DNA from: Calditrichaceae bacterium
Lineage (GTDB): Bacteria; Calditrichota; Calditrichia; Calditrichales; JBFXGD01
Assembly: GCA_050178385.1 (NCBI GenBank)
Contig: JBFXGD010000001.1
Span: 1-64,000, forward strand
Length of the DNA: 64,000 nucleotides
Direction of reading: 5' to 3'
Both the position numbers and the translations under genes were made by a program. Numbering within the stretch: the stretch's first letter is position 1; each line of letters begins with the position of its first letter. Positions 20,446 through 30,753 of this stretch are shown one piece after another. The notes under the pieces are model-generated. The model had not been told where the DNA came from. It did no database searches and worked only from the letters and a program-made list of their open reading frames with translations.

Positions 20446-21534
20446 ATGAAAATTATTAATGTTGTTGGTGCGCGACCAAATTTCATGAAAATAGCCCCGA
20501 TACAGCGTGTCATGTCCGGGTATAAAAATATAGAAACAAGGCTTGTGCATACCGGTCAGCATTATGATGAGCGTATGTCTAAATTGTTTTTTGAAGATTT
20601 GCAATTACCTAAACCGGATGTATATTTAAATGTCGGTTCCGGGAGTCATGCTGTGCAGACAGCAAAGGTTATGATGGAATTTGAACAGGTACTCCTGTCG
20701 GAGAAACCGGACCTTGTTGTTGTTGTCGGAGATGTAAATTCAACCGCGGCCTGCAGCATAGTCGCCGCAAAATTAGGCGTGAAAGTCGCGCATGTGGAAG
20801 CCGGACTCAGGTCTTTTGACAGAACAATGCCTGAAGAAATTAATCGTATTCTTACGGATGCCATTTCGGATTTTTTGTTTGTAACCGAGCAAAGCGGTCT
20901 TATGCATTTAAAGAATGAAGGCATAGATGATTCAAAAGTACACTTTGTCGGGAACGTAATGATTGACTCTCTTGTATATTTTCTTGAGAAAGCCAGACAG
21001 TCAAAAATTATGAGTGATCTGAAATTGGATCAAAAAAACTTTGCTCTTGTTACCCTTCATCGTCCAAGCAATGTTGACAACAAAGATCACTTTTTAAATT
21101 TGCTGCATGCGTTCGAAGTTATCGAAAAAGATATCAATATTGTATTCCCAATCCATCCGCGATCGCGGAAAATGATCGAATCATTCGGATTGCAGGATAA
21201 AATAGATCGTATGAAGAATCTGATGCTTTTAGAGCCGCTGGGTTATCTCGATTTCATGAATCTTATGCAGAATGCGCGACTGGTTTTGACTGATTCAGGA
21301 GGCATCCAGGAAGAAACGACTTATCTTGGAACCCCGTGCATCACGCTGCGTGAAAATACCGAGCGACCGGTGACAATTGAAGTGGGAACGAATGTGATGG
21401 TTGGGAACGATACCAAGCGTATCATCGATGAGGCGCAAAAAGTGATCTCTGGAAACGGCAAACACGGAAAAATTCCGGATTTATGGGATGGAAAAGCCGC
21501 CGAACGAATAGTTGAAATAATAGCCGGGGAATAA
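20446..21534 (+). CDS. wecB: UDP-N-acetylglucosamine 2-epimerase (non-hydrolysing)
   Basis: VGARPNFMK, HTGQHYD, HVEAGLRS, TDSGGIQEE. Confidence 0.9.
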   Translation: MKIINVVGARPNFMKIAPIQRVMSGYKNIETRLVHTGQHYDERMSKLFFEDLQLPKPDVYLNVGSGSHAVQTAKVMMEFEQVLLSEKPDLVVVVGDVNSTAACSIVAAKLGVKVAHVEAGLRSFDRTMPEEINRILTDAISDFLFVTEQSGLMHLKNEGIDDSKVHFVGNVMIDSLVYFLEKARQSKIMSDLKLDQKNFALVTLHRPSNVDNKDHFLNLLHAFEVIEKDINIVFPIHPRSRKMIESFGLQDKIDRMKNLMLLEPLGYLDFMNLMQNARLVLTDSGGIQEETTYLGTPCITLRENTERPVTIEVGTNVMVGNDTKRIIDEAQKVISGNGKHGKIPDLWDGKAAERIVEIIAGE

Positions 21535-21536
21535 TA

Positions 21537-22808
21537 TTGAAAAAATTTATCTGTTTTCTGTTTATTCTTGTCAACTCGCTAATGGCGCAGGTAAGTATCA
21601 ATCAGGATAATCCGGATCTTGTTGAACGGGAAGGCCAAAAGTATAAAACATCTCTGGAGAAGTTTTATAAAAACAGAACTATTCTGCGTACTGTGACACC
21701 ACAGATCCTGGAAGATGAACTGGAAGCGGATGCTTATCTTGTTGGGCCCGGAGATGAGTTCAGCCTGAATTTTTTTGGTGAGATTAACGAAGAACTAAGA
21801 TTTTCAGTACTCCCTGAGGGCAATGTTGTAATTCCGACTGTCGGCGCGGTAAATATCAACGGTATGGATTTGACAAATGCCAAAAAAACCATTTCCGCGG
21901 CGATCAGGAAATATTATAATGATTCCGATTTCTCGATCAATATTGTCGGCTTGAGAAAATTCAGAGTCTATCTGACGGGTGAAGTAAAAACGCCCGGGAC
22001 ATATTTTGTACAGGGATCAGACCGGGTATCCGACGTAATTGAAATTGCGAGTGGTTTAACTGACTGGGCCGATGAGACAGCAATCGAAATACGTCATCTG
22101 GATAGCACCATTGATACACTGAATATATCAAAATATTACCGTGACGCCGATAAAGATCAGAACCTTTTTTTGCGCGGGGGTGATGTAATCCATATTCCTG
22201 CAATCAATCTGTCGGATCCGTATGTGATAGTGGAGAGCCGGATCGAAAAAATTGTCGGCAGCAAGATTGACGAAAACTCATCCTACACCGAGAAACGAAG
22301 CACCAGAAAGATTTATCGCCTCATGGATGATGAGACCGTAACTATGTTCCTGCGCAGAATATCCGCTTTTACCGCGGAGATTGATCTTTCCACAATCACG
22401 CTGGTGCGGGACGAGAATAGTACCATTATTAATCTGCTCAACGGATATGAAGAGTATGAAGGGTTTTTGCTTAAAAACAAGGATGTACTGAATATACCCG
22501 ATTTGAACAGAGAAGTCTATGTACAGGGTGAAGTCCGGATCCCGGGAGCTTATGTGTTTAATGTAAATCTCCGGGCAAATGATTATATTGGAAAAGCCGG
22601 AGTCCTTGAAAGAGCAAAGAACAGTGATGAGGTGATTATAATACGCGCCGGAACTAAAGAAGTACTCAAAGGCGGTAATACAATTATTGAAAAAGGCGAT
22701 ACGATCATTGTCCCGAGAAAGAGAAGGGAGCTGGTGAGGGATTATGTCTCGATCATAATACCTGTATTGAGCATAGTAATATCAACTATTGCGATTGTTA
22801 CCAGATGA
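21537..22808 (+). CDS. Polysaccharide export protein with SLBB domains (OPX, Wza/KpsD-like)
   Basis: Signal peptide, YLVGPGD poly_export motif, repeated VY(L/V)xGEVxxPG SLBB motifs, C-terminal hydrophobic helix; TTG start. Confidence 0.8.
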   Translation: MKKFICFLFILVNSLMAQVSINQDNPDLVEREGQKYKTSLEKFYKNRTILRTVTPQILEDELEADAYLVGPGDEFSLNFFGEINEELRFSVLPEGNVVIPTVGAVNINGMDLTNAKKTISAAIRKYYNDSDFSINIVGLRKFRVYLTGEVKTPGTYFVQGSDRVSDVIEIASGLTDWADETAIEIRHLDSTIDTLNISKYYRDADKDQNLFLRGGDVIHIPAINLSDPYVIVESRIEKIVGSKIDENSSYTEKRSTRKIYRLMDDETVTMFLRRISAFTAEIDLSTITLVRDENSTIINLLNGYEEYEGFLLKNKDVLNIPDLNREVYVQGEVRIPGAYVFNVNLRANDYIGKAGVLERAKNSDEVIIIRAGTKEVLKGGNTIIEKGDTIIVPRKRRELVRDYVSIIIPVLSIVISTIAIVTR

Positions 22809-22858
22809 TCGTGGTTAGTTAATAGAACCCGCCATTAAAATAAATCCGGAAGAGAATA

Positions 22859-24127
22859 ATGACTGAAAACAATCGACAGCCTAAACAAGATGAAGTCAAT
22901 CTACTCGATTATTTATCGATCCTGTTGAAATGGCGTAAAATAATAATTTATTCTCTTATCATATTTAGCGTGACCGCTATTTTTTTTAGTCTCATTATTC
23001 CAAAGACATACCGCGCATCGTCAATCATAATGCCATCCACCGATCAGGGAGGAATGATGTCCGGATTCCCCATAAACTTGCCTTCCGGCGGGTTATTGAG
23101 CAGCTTTGGCGGGCTATTCGGGGGAGCATCGGATGAATCCTATACACTGCTCGCGATACTAGACAGCCGCACCATCGCCGAAAATACGATCAAACATTTT
23201 GATTTAATGAAACGGTATGATAGTGACAACATGGAGCAGGCGATTAAGACATTTAAGGAACAGCTTGATTTCACCATGGAAGAGGAGGGAACCATTGAGA
23301 TCACTTTTGATGTGGAAACCGGATATCTTCATTTTGACAAAGATGAAGAAGAAGCCCGTCAGCTGTCAGCCGAAATTGCTAATTATATCGTAAGTGAATT
23401 AAACCGGATCTTTACGGAATTACAGACTTCCCAGGCAAAATCTTTTCGTGTTTTCATTGAGAAGCGATACGATGAAAGCAAACACGATATAAGTGTCCTG
23501 GAACAGCAGATAAAGGATTTCAGCCAGACTTCGGGTATGATTTCTCTTCCGGATCAAATTTCTGCCGCCATCACCGCCGCGGCTGAGATTGAGGGTGAGA
23601 TTATGTCCAAGGAAATTGAAATCGAAGCTCTAAAGCAGTCTCTAAACCCGAACCATTCCTTTGTCAAAAAATTAAATATTGAGCTGATCGAACTCAGAAA
23701 AAAAATGAAGGAATTAAGGCTTGGCACGGCTAAAAAAGATTCAATGGCCATATTCCCTGTTTTTTCTGAAGCCCCGGAGCTTGGAATTAAATATCTGAGA
23801 CTAAAAAGGGAAGCGGAAGTACAGGAAATTATCTATCAGTTTGTAACTCAGCAATACGAACAAGCCAAACTGCAGGAGGCAAAAAATACACCATCCATTC
23901 AGATTATTGACGCAGCCGTTCCTCCTGTAAAGAAATTTAAACCGATACGTTGGTTAATCGTAGTTGTTTCTGGTTTACTGGGAATATTAATCGGAATCTT
24001 TATTTCATTTCTAAATGAATATATGAGCCGTTTAAAGGTACATGATCCTGAAAGGTATTTAAGCTTCTCAAGTCTTGTCAAAGAAACCAGATTAGATCTG
24101 TTTGGCAGAAAATCAAACAGGAACTGA
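22859..24127 (+). CDS. Polysaccharide co-polymerase (Wzz/GumC-type, no kinase domain)
   Basis: EVNLLDYL, N-terminal TM, PKTYRA, coiled-coil periplasmic region, IIDAAVPP..K.KP and C-terminal TM. Confidence 0.85.
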   Translation: MTENNRQPKQDEVNLLDYLSILLKWRKIIIYSLIIFSVTAIFFSLIIPKTYRASSIIMPSTDQGGMMSGFPINLPSGGLLSSFGGLFGGASDESYTLLAILDSRTIAENTIKHFDLMKRYDSDNMEQAIKTFKEQLDFTMEEEGTIEITFDVETGYLHFDKDEEEARQLSAEIANYIVSELNRIFTELQTSQAKSFRVFIEKRYDESKHDISVLEQQIKDFSQTSGMISLPDQISAAITAAAEIEGEIMSKEIEIEALKQSLNPNHSFVKKLNIELIELRKKMKELRLGTAKKDSMAIFPVFSEAPELGIKYLRLKREAEVQEIIYQFVTQQYEQAKLQEAKNTPSIQIIDAAVPPVKKFKPIRWLIVVVSGLLGILIGIFISFLNEYMSRLKVHDPERYLSFSSLVKETRLDLFGRKSNRN

Positions 24128-24445
24128 GTCAAAGTTTGGCAACAACTCTTTCTGTTTACTCCGCAATGAAATTATATCAGATCCATTCACGGCGAATAAA
24201 AAGATTCCCGTCGATGGATTAATTAAAATATATTGGCATTTTTTAATTCATTCTTACTTCCGTCGCGGTAAATTTCCCTTTTTTCTCCGAATTTTAACAG
24301 CATATCTAATCAATATAAACTTTTTGCATTCAAATTTTGGTAAGAGACACAAAAAGTCCTAAATTTGATAGTTTATTAAATAAATATAAGGCCAATGGTT
24401 TTAATCAAACCGGAAATTGAATTAGAGCGGATTCTGGAGGAGATA

Positions 24446-25957
24446 ATGAAAGCTATCATATTGGCGGCCGGAACAGGAAGCCGGCTGCGACCCCTGACTG
24501 AAAAACTACCAAAATCCATGGTGCGTGTCAACGGGAAACAGATTCTCGCGCACCAGATAGATGCATATCTGAATGCGGGCCTGAAGAAGGAATCAATTTA
24601 TATCGCGGTTGGCTATAAATCAGAATTTATTGTCGATTTTATCAGTCAGAATTACAAAGGAGTAAATGTGGTTGTCAATCAGGAATATAGCACAACCAAT
24701 AATATGTACTCATTGTATCTTTCCCTGGAAGAGATCGGATTTGACAATAAAAATGGTTTATTTATCAGCAATGGTGACTGTGTCTATTCCGTGCCGGTAA
24801 TAAAGAAATTAATGGATGATCCACGGCCAAATCTTATCGCGGCGGAAAAAGGCGTTCATAATGAAGAATCTATGAAAATCACTCTGCAAAACGGAAAAAT
24901 AAATGATATATCAAAGCAGATAACAGACCAGGTGGCTTACGGGGTCTCGATTGATCTTTATAAATTGGGTTCGCAGGCGGTCCGAAACCTGACCAAAATT
25001 ATCGAAGATTATATTTTTAATCAAAAACAGCGAAATTTATGGACGGAAGTCGCTTTAAAAAATTTGTTAGGCAAAGAAGACTTCGAACCGATGGATATCA
25101 GGGGAGAGAAATGGGTTGAGATTGACAACATGGACGATTTGACACTCGCAGACCGGCTGTTTAGTGATTTCAACCTAAAAAGCAAGAGATGTTTTATTTT
25201 CGATCTGGACGGGACGGTGTATCTTGGAACTGAACCGATCACAGGAACGATTAATTTTATTCGTGATCATATGAGAGACGGAAAAGATATTTATTTCATG
25301 ACAAATAACACATCCAAATTACCGGCGGATTATGTGAAAAGACTGAAGAACTTCGATCTGGAGATTGAGCAGAATATGGTCATTTCTCCAGTCTTCCCGC
25401 TTATAGAACATCTTAAAAATAACGAGTTGAAAAATATCTTTCTTGTTGCTAATTCCGGTTTTTCCAGCTATTTAAAGGCAGCGATCCCGGGGATAAAACT
25501 AACTGATGAGTCATCTGATTGTCAGGCGATTGTTCTGGCGTATGACACAGAGCTGACCTATGAAAAACTAAGGGCCGCGTCTATTTTGCTGCAAAACAAT
25601 AAAAACCTGATTTATCTTGCGACCCATAGTGACATGGTCTGCCCGACAGAGAGCGGCAACATTCCTGATATCGGCACGATGATTACAACAATAGAATTGA
25701 CAACAGGGAAAAAACCCGATCTGATCTTTGGAAAACCGAATCCTGAACTGCTTCAGCATCTCGGCGCGAAGTATAAATCGGATGAGATGGTGCTGGTGGG
25801 AGACAGGTTGTACACCGATAAAAAGCTGGCTGATAACATTGGTTGTGATTTCGTTTGTGTATTAAGCGGCGAGACCCGGAGAGAAGATGTGGAGGATCTC
25901 AGAGATGAAAAATTTCCCGCGCTAATCGTAAAGCATCTTGGTGAAATAATCGATTAA
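24446..25957 (+). CDS. Fusion of a LicC/Gtp2-like cytidylyltransferase and a HAD-IIA (NagD/Gtp3-like) phosphatase/phosphotransferase
   Basis: N-half: AIILAAGTGSRL..LPK, NGD, EIDNMDDL. C-half: FDLDGT, TNN, GKPN, VGDRLYTD. ATG 24446 follows GGAGGAG. Confidence 0.85.
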   Translation: MKAIILAAGTGSRLRPLTEKLPKSMVRVNGKQILAHQIDAYLNAGLKKESIYIAVGYKSEFIVDFISQNYKGVNVVVNQEYSTTNNMYSLYLSLEEIGFDNKNGLFISNGDCVYSVPVIKKLMDDPRPNLIAAEKGVHNEESMKITLQNGKINDISKQITDQVAYGVSIDLYKLGSQAVRNLTKIIEDYIFNQKQRNLWTEVALKNLLGKEDFEPMDIRGEKWVEIDNMDDLTLADRLFSDFNLKSKRCFIFDLDGTVYLGTEPITGTINFIRDHMRDGKDIYFMTNNTSKLPADYVKRLKNFDLEIEQNMVISPVFPLIEHLKNNELKNIFLVANSGFSSYLKAAIPGIKLTDESSDCQAIVLAYDTELTYEKLRAASILLQNNKNLIYLATHSDMVCPTESGNIPDIGTMITTIELTTGKKPDLIFGKPNPELLQHLGAKYKSDEMVLVGDRLYTDKKLADNIGCDFVCVLSGETRREDVEDLRDEKFPALIVKHLGEIID

Positions 25958-25988
25958 TTTTCTGTTACTATGATTTCGGAAAAGCTGG

Positions 25989-27269
25989 ATGACAACCATT
26001 GTGAGTCTCATTAAACAAATATATTTCTTTGGCAAAAAAATAACAGTTTATCTGTTGTTGCTTTTTCCTTACTGGTTTGGGTTTTTTGTCCCCAGAAATA
26101 AAAATCTTTGGGTGTTCGGGGCTTGGTTCGGGGAAAGATATTCGGATAACAGCCGCTATGTTTTTGAATATGTAAATAAAAATGAACCTTCGATAAAAGC
26201 GGTTTGGCTGACCAGAAAAAAAGAAATAATCGATGAAGTGCGCAATCAGTCAAGCTCAGCTGAGATGATACGATCCTGGAAGGGATACTGGATGTCATGC
26301 CGGGCAGGCGCGGTAATCGTTACCTGCGATTTAAGGGATGTGAATAGAATCGGTTTATCAAGGGCAAAAATCATTCAGCTCTGGCACGGAACTCCCTTAA
26401 AAAAAATCGGGTTTGACGATAAAATAACCACGAATCCTGACCGGCCGGTCTTTTACACATTACTTAAAAAAATCTGGTATATTCTTTTTCCATTTATGGA
26501 AGACAGATGGGATATGCTTATTTCTCCGAGTGAATTTGTGAGTCAGCGATTATCGTCCGCGTTTAATTTGGATTTATCCAAAATTCCGGTCACCGGATAT
26601 CCCCGCGGAGATGTAATTCTTAACCATACGTCCGATCCCCATGTTGAGATCTTCAGAAGTGTAAGGTTTGAGTACAATGTCAAAAACATAATATTCTTTT
26701 TACCAACCCTTAGGGAAAGGACAACAGGTAAAATAGATCTGTTTCATGATTTAGATTTTGATGCTTTTAATAAGTTTTTAATTGAAAATGATGCCTGGTT
26801 TTTTGTGAAAATGCATTTCTACCATCTCAAAGCTAATAAACCCGGCCTCATGGAAAGAGATCATTCCAGAATCTGGTTTCTTACTGAGCGTGAACTGCCT
26901 GATATTAATTACGCGCTTCCTGATACGGATATATTGATTACAGATTATTCAAGCGTATTCTTTGATTTTGTGCTTCTCAACCGGCCTGTAATCTTTACTC
27001 CGTTTGATATAAATGATTATCTGGCGAAGGACAGGGAATTTTATGACGATTATGATCGGTTAATCCCGGGGCCTCAGTGCAGAAACTGGGATGAAGTCAT
27101 GGAAAAATTATCAGACTTAATAAAGGGAAAAGATAATTATATAGAAAAAAGACTTCATGCGCAGAAACTGTTTAATACTTTTATTGATACGGATAATTCA
27201 AGAAGAGTTGTAAGAGAGATTAATTACATTTTAGGCAAAAACCGGGTTTCAAGGGAACAGCATGATTGA
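25989..27269 (+). CDS. CDP-glycerol/polyol-phosphate transferase (TagB/TagF family)
   Basis: QLWHGTPLKKIG, TGYPRGD, PTLR, KMH, LITDYSSVFFDF. Confidence 0.88.
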   Translation: MTTIVSLIKQIYFFGKKITVYLLLLFPYWFGFFVPRNKNLWVFGAWFGERYSDNSRYVFEYVNKNEPSIKAVWLTRKKEIIDEVRNQSSSAEMIRSWKGYWMSCRAGAVIVTCDLRDVNRIGLSRAKIIQLWHGTPLKKIGFDDKITTNPDRPVFYTLLKKIWYILFPFMEDRWDMLISPSEFVSQRLSSAFNLDLSKIPVTGYPRGDVILNHTSDPHVEIFRSVRFEYNVKNIIFFLPTLRERTTGKIDLFHDLDFDAFNKFLIENDAWFFVKMHFYHLKANKPGLMERDHSRIWFLTERELPDINYALPDTDILITDYSSVFFDFVLLNRPVIFTPFDINDYLAKDREFYDDYDRLIPGPQCRNWDEVMEKLSDLIKGKDNYIEKRLHAQKLFNTFIDTDNSRRVVREINYILGKNRVSREQHD

Positions 27270-27366
27270 GTTCTCCTGGCTTTCAAAAATATTGTTTATT
27301 ATTAGTTTTTATTGTGTTCAAAGCGAAAATATCTTTAAATAAAAATGATATTTGGAATTATAAAAG

Positions 27367-28698
27367 ATGACCAAATTTACAAAAATTAGTCTTGGTTTTA
27401 TCATTTTCGCACTACCGCTTCAAATAATTTCCATCTATGTCGGATTCAGTATAATCCTTGTTCGTGTTCTTTTTCTGTCCAGTTTCTTTGTCGCTGTTTT
27501 TCTGATGCTCATAAGAGGGGAGTTGAACATTCCCAAAACTTACATTGATTTAAATATTTTACTTCTTATAATCGCAAATTTTATTATCACATTGTTCGCG
27601 ATAGACGTTCTGCTCAGTCTTAAAGATGCTCTATTGCAGATGTATATAATATTCTTTTTTTACTATATCTACTGGTTGATGAATACAGAAAAATCACTGG
27701 AATTCGCGGTAAACGCCTATATTTATACTGCAATCATTCTATCTCTGTACGGTGCATTCCAGCAGATTGGTTTTCTATTGGGGTGGGACACAAGAATTCC
27801 TTTCCTGGATTATTTTTCGTACAATGAAGCTCTCAAAGATCCCGCCTCGAAAGATTGGGCTATGGAAGAAATAAGTAGTTTTTTCATTCGTATAAGGGGA
27901 ACATTTTTTGATACAAATACTTTTGCGGGTTATATAGTTAGCGCATTCGGCTTGGCAATCACAAAACTTATCTACTCATATAAGGAAAGAAAAGCTGGAA
28001 GTAAGTTCAAATATTGGTTAATAATTTTCATCTTCTTAATAACGATTCTTTTGACTATGTCGCGTTCAGCCTTGGTGGGTCTCTTCCTATTGTTTATGGT
28101 GATTCTTTTTTATTATCATAAAGAATTGTTTGGCAGGTTTTTATGGTTGAGGATAATTGTGCCTTTCGTTGTTGTTGCAATATTTGGCATCCTGCTCATA
28201 CCTGATCTTTTAGATCTGATCATTGGGGTTGTTACATCGTTTAGCATGGACAATAAAAACCCTCTTCGGACGAAATCGACAATGCTTCACCTGAAAATAG
28301 CCTTACAGGGAATTGAAATGTTCATTGAGAATCCGATTACCGGTGTCGGCTTAAATAATTTTCGTATAAGCTATGCACACAGTAATCACCTTTGGTACAC
28401 AGGATTCACAAATAAAAACATGATGGCTCATAGCGTGTTTTTGTCCTTCTTTTCAGAAGGTGGAATTATAGGTGCAATAGCCAATTATTCAATTATCGGT
28501 ACAATAATATTAAAATCACATAGCCGGATTAAATCGATTTTATCTTCATATAAGAAATCTCAAATGGTAGGCATTTTTGCAGCTTATATTGGTATTCTGG
28601 GATCGAATATATTTTATCAATATTATTTAAATGAGTTCGTTTGGTTCTTGATTGCGGCAAATGTGGCGGCATTCTATGTATTAAAACCCGATGATTAA
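27367..28698 (+). CDS. O-antigen polymerase/ligase family membrane protein (Wzy-like)
   Basis: Multi-TM; RIRGTFFDTNTFAG, TMSRS, PITGVG, AHS. Visibly AT-rich. Confidence 0.8.
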   Translation: MTKFTKISLGFIIFALPLQIISIYVGFSIILVRVLFLSSFFVAVFLMLIRGELNIPKTYIDLNILLLIIANFIITLFAIDVLLSLKDALLQMYIIFFFYYIYWLMNTEKSLEFAVNAYIYTAIILSLYGAFQQIGFLLGWDTRIPFLDYFSYNEALKDPASKDWAMEEISSFFIRIRGTFFDTNTFAGYIVSAFGLAITKLIYSYKERKAGSKFKYWLIIFIFLITILLTMSRSALVGLFLLFMVILFYYHKELFGRFLWLRIIVPFVVVAIFGILLIPDLLDLIIGVVTSFSMDNKNPLRTKSTMLHLKIALQGIEMFIENPITGVGLNNFRISYAHSNHLWYTGFTNKNMMAHSVFLSFFSEGGIIGAIANYSIIGTIILKSHSRIKSILSSYKKSQMVGIFAAYIGILGSNIFYQYYLNEFVWFLIAANVAAFYVLKPDD

Positions 28699-28866
28699 AT
28701 TCATCATAATAATGTATGCTTTAATGTTTTGGAACAGAATAATATTATATCATTCCGATCGTGTGTAAGGCTGATGATGTATAGATTGGCAATAAATGGG
28801 AATTGAAAATTATGATAATCATTTTTGAGTTACGATCAACAAAAGAAAATATATCAGTTTTCCATA

Positions 28867-29817
28867 ATGAAAAAAAAGATGAGAGATATTAAAGTTAAAA
28901 AGGCTCCAAAAGTCGCCATTGTTATTTTAAATTACATGCGCGCAAATGATACTATCGAATGTATGGAATCGATTCTTAATATTGATTATAAGAACTATGA
29001 GATTATACTGGTGGATAATCATTCCCGGGATGATTCGGTCGCAAAATTAAAAATGCGTTTTCCGGAATCAGATATTTTTTCAACGGGTGAAAATCTTGGG
29101 TACACCGGTGGTATAAACTTCGGAGTCAGGAAGGCGCAATCTTTAAAGCCCGAATACATTCTGCTGCTCAATAATGACACCATTGTAGAAAAGACATTCC
29201 TGACAGAACTGGTTCATTCGATGGAGACTTTTCCCGAAGCCGCCGCCATGGGCGGACTGATTCTTGCAGAGCATGACAGACGGACCGTGTGGTATGCGGG
29301 TGGCACGATGATTCCGTGGAGAGGACTAGCGGTTCATAATCACAAAGGGAAAAATATCGAAGATCTTCAATTAAAATCAATCCGGCCGGTCAGCTTTATC
29401 ACAGGATGTATGATCATGTTCAGAGCGGAAAAACTGGATGAAGTTGGCCTTCAGGATGAACGTTTCTTCATGTATCTTGACGATATAGAATACTCAGCAA
29501 GGATGAAAAATAAAGGATTACAGCTTCTTTTCAATCCAAAAGCAATAATTTATCACAAAGTTTTGAACGAGACCGAGAATCCGTTCAAATTGTATTATTC
29601 AGTAAGAAACCGGCTTTTATTGATATCTGTCTCGTGGAAAGGGCTGACACGCTGGAGCGCGGTAATATACTTTCTGACGGTCATATTAGCAAAACTCATA
29701 TGGTGGCGCTTTACAAACAGAAGTTTTTACTCGGCGGGACGTAAAGGGCTGGCCGATTATTTTAATAAAAATTTTTACAAAGGCAACGGCTTCAATTTTC
29801 TGGCATCGGATTTTTAG
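28867..29817 (+). CDS. Glycosyltransferase family 2
   Basis: IVILNY, LVDN, NLGYTGG, LLNNDT, FMYLDD. Start uncertain (28825 TTG, 28867 or 28879). Confidence 0.88.
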   Translation: MKKKMRDIKVKKAPKVAIVILNYMRANDTIECMESILNIDYKNYEIILVDNHSRDDSVAKLKMRFPESDIFSTGENLGYTGGINFGVRKAQSLKPEYILLLNNDTIVEKTFLTELVHSMETFPEAAAMGGLILAEHDRRTVWYAGGTMIPWRGLAVHNHKGKNIEDLQLKSIRPVSFITGCMIMFRAEKLDEVGLQDERFFMYLDDIEYSARMKNKGLQLLFNPKAIIYHKVLNETENPFKLYYSVRNRLLLISVSWKGLTRWSAVIYFLTVILAKLIWWRFTNRSFYSAGRKGLADYFNKNFYKGNGFNFLASDF

Positions 29818-29820
29818 AAT

Positions 29821-30753
29821 ATGACAAAGATGAAACTCACAGATAAAGAAATCGGATCTGTCGCGGCAATTATCCTTAACTATAACGGGTATGAGGATAC
29901 GGAAGCCTGCATAAATTCAATCCAGAAGATTTACGGTGATCGGCTGGCAATATATTTGATTGATAACGCGTCAACGGATGGGAGCGGTTTAAAGCTCAAA
30001 AAGAAATTTAGCGCAGTCTCATTTTATGAGCTCGAAGAGAATCGCGGCTATGCCGCCGGGAATAATCTTGGTATTCAAAAAGCGCTATCTGACGGATTTA
30101 AAAATTTTCTTGTACTAAATAATGATATTATTCTTACAGAGGATGTACTGACTCCGTTTCTCGATGAATTTCACTCCGATCCGCAGACAGGAATTGTCAC
30201 TTGTAAGGTGTTTTTTACCGGGCCCGAAAAAATAATATACTCAGCCGGCGGCCGCTTTAATAGGTGGATATGCACCGGGGAGAATTTAAAAATTGGTAAA
30301 GCGGATGACGGAATATCTGAAAGGAAAATCATTGATTTTTTTCCGGGAGCTATTTTTCTCATTAAAAAGGAAGTTGTGGATAATGTCGGATTTATGAAAG
30401 AACACTTTTTCATGTATTATGAAGATCTGGAATATTCTTTTCGTGTGAACCAAATGTACAAAATGGTTTATTTTTCAGATGTAAGTGTTCTCCATGGTTG
30501 CGGCGGTGGAAAAAAAGGCATGGCTTACTCTGCTCTTTATCTATATTATCACACACGTAACCGATTATGGTTATTCAGAGAACGGTCTTTTTTCTATTTC
30601 ATTTATGTTGTATTATTTACGTTTGCGAATTGCATCTGGAAAACCACGGTTGTTTTCAGGGCAGAAAGCGCTAAAAAAGACCGGATGCATAAATTAAAAA
30701 AACTCTGGAGCGGTTATTTCCATGGGTTATTTGCTCCAACGGTAAAAAAATGA
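29821..30753 (+). CDS. Glycosyltransferase family 2
   Basis: IILNYNG, IDNASTD, NRGYAAGNN, LNND, FMYYED. Confidence 0.88.
   Translation: MTKMKLTDKEIGSVAAIILNYNGYEDTEACINSIQKIYGDRLAIYLIDNASTDGSGLKLKKKFSAVSFYELEENRGYAAGNNLGIQKALSDGFKNFLVLNNDIILTEDVLTPFLDEFHSDPQTGIVTCKVFFTGPEKIIYSAGGRFNRWICTGENLKIGKADDGISERKIIDFFPGAIFLIKKEVVDNVGFMKEHFFMYYEDLEYSFRVNQMYKMVYFSDVSVLHGCGGGKKGMAYSALYLYYHTRNRLWLFRERSFFYFIYVVLFTFANCIWKTTVVFRAESAKKDRMHKLKKLWSGYFHGLFAPTVKK

Noticed and set aside
24102..24362. 86-aa ORF in the gap after the co-polymerase gene
   Set aside because: TTG start inside the upstream gene, no SD and no motif; more likely intergenic DNA.
24446..25957. Phosphonate or phosphocholine modification pathway
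   Set aside because: No PEP mutase, choline kinase or LicD is in the window; the neighbour is a TagF-type transferase.
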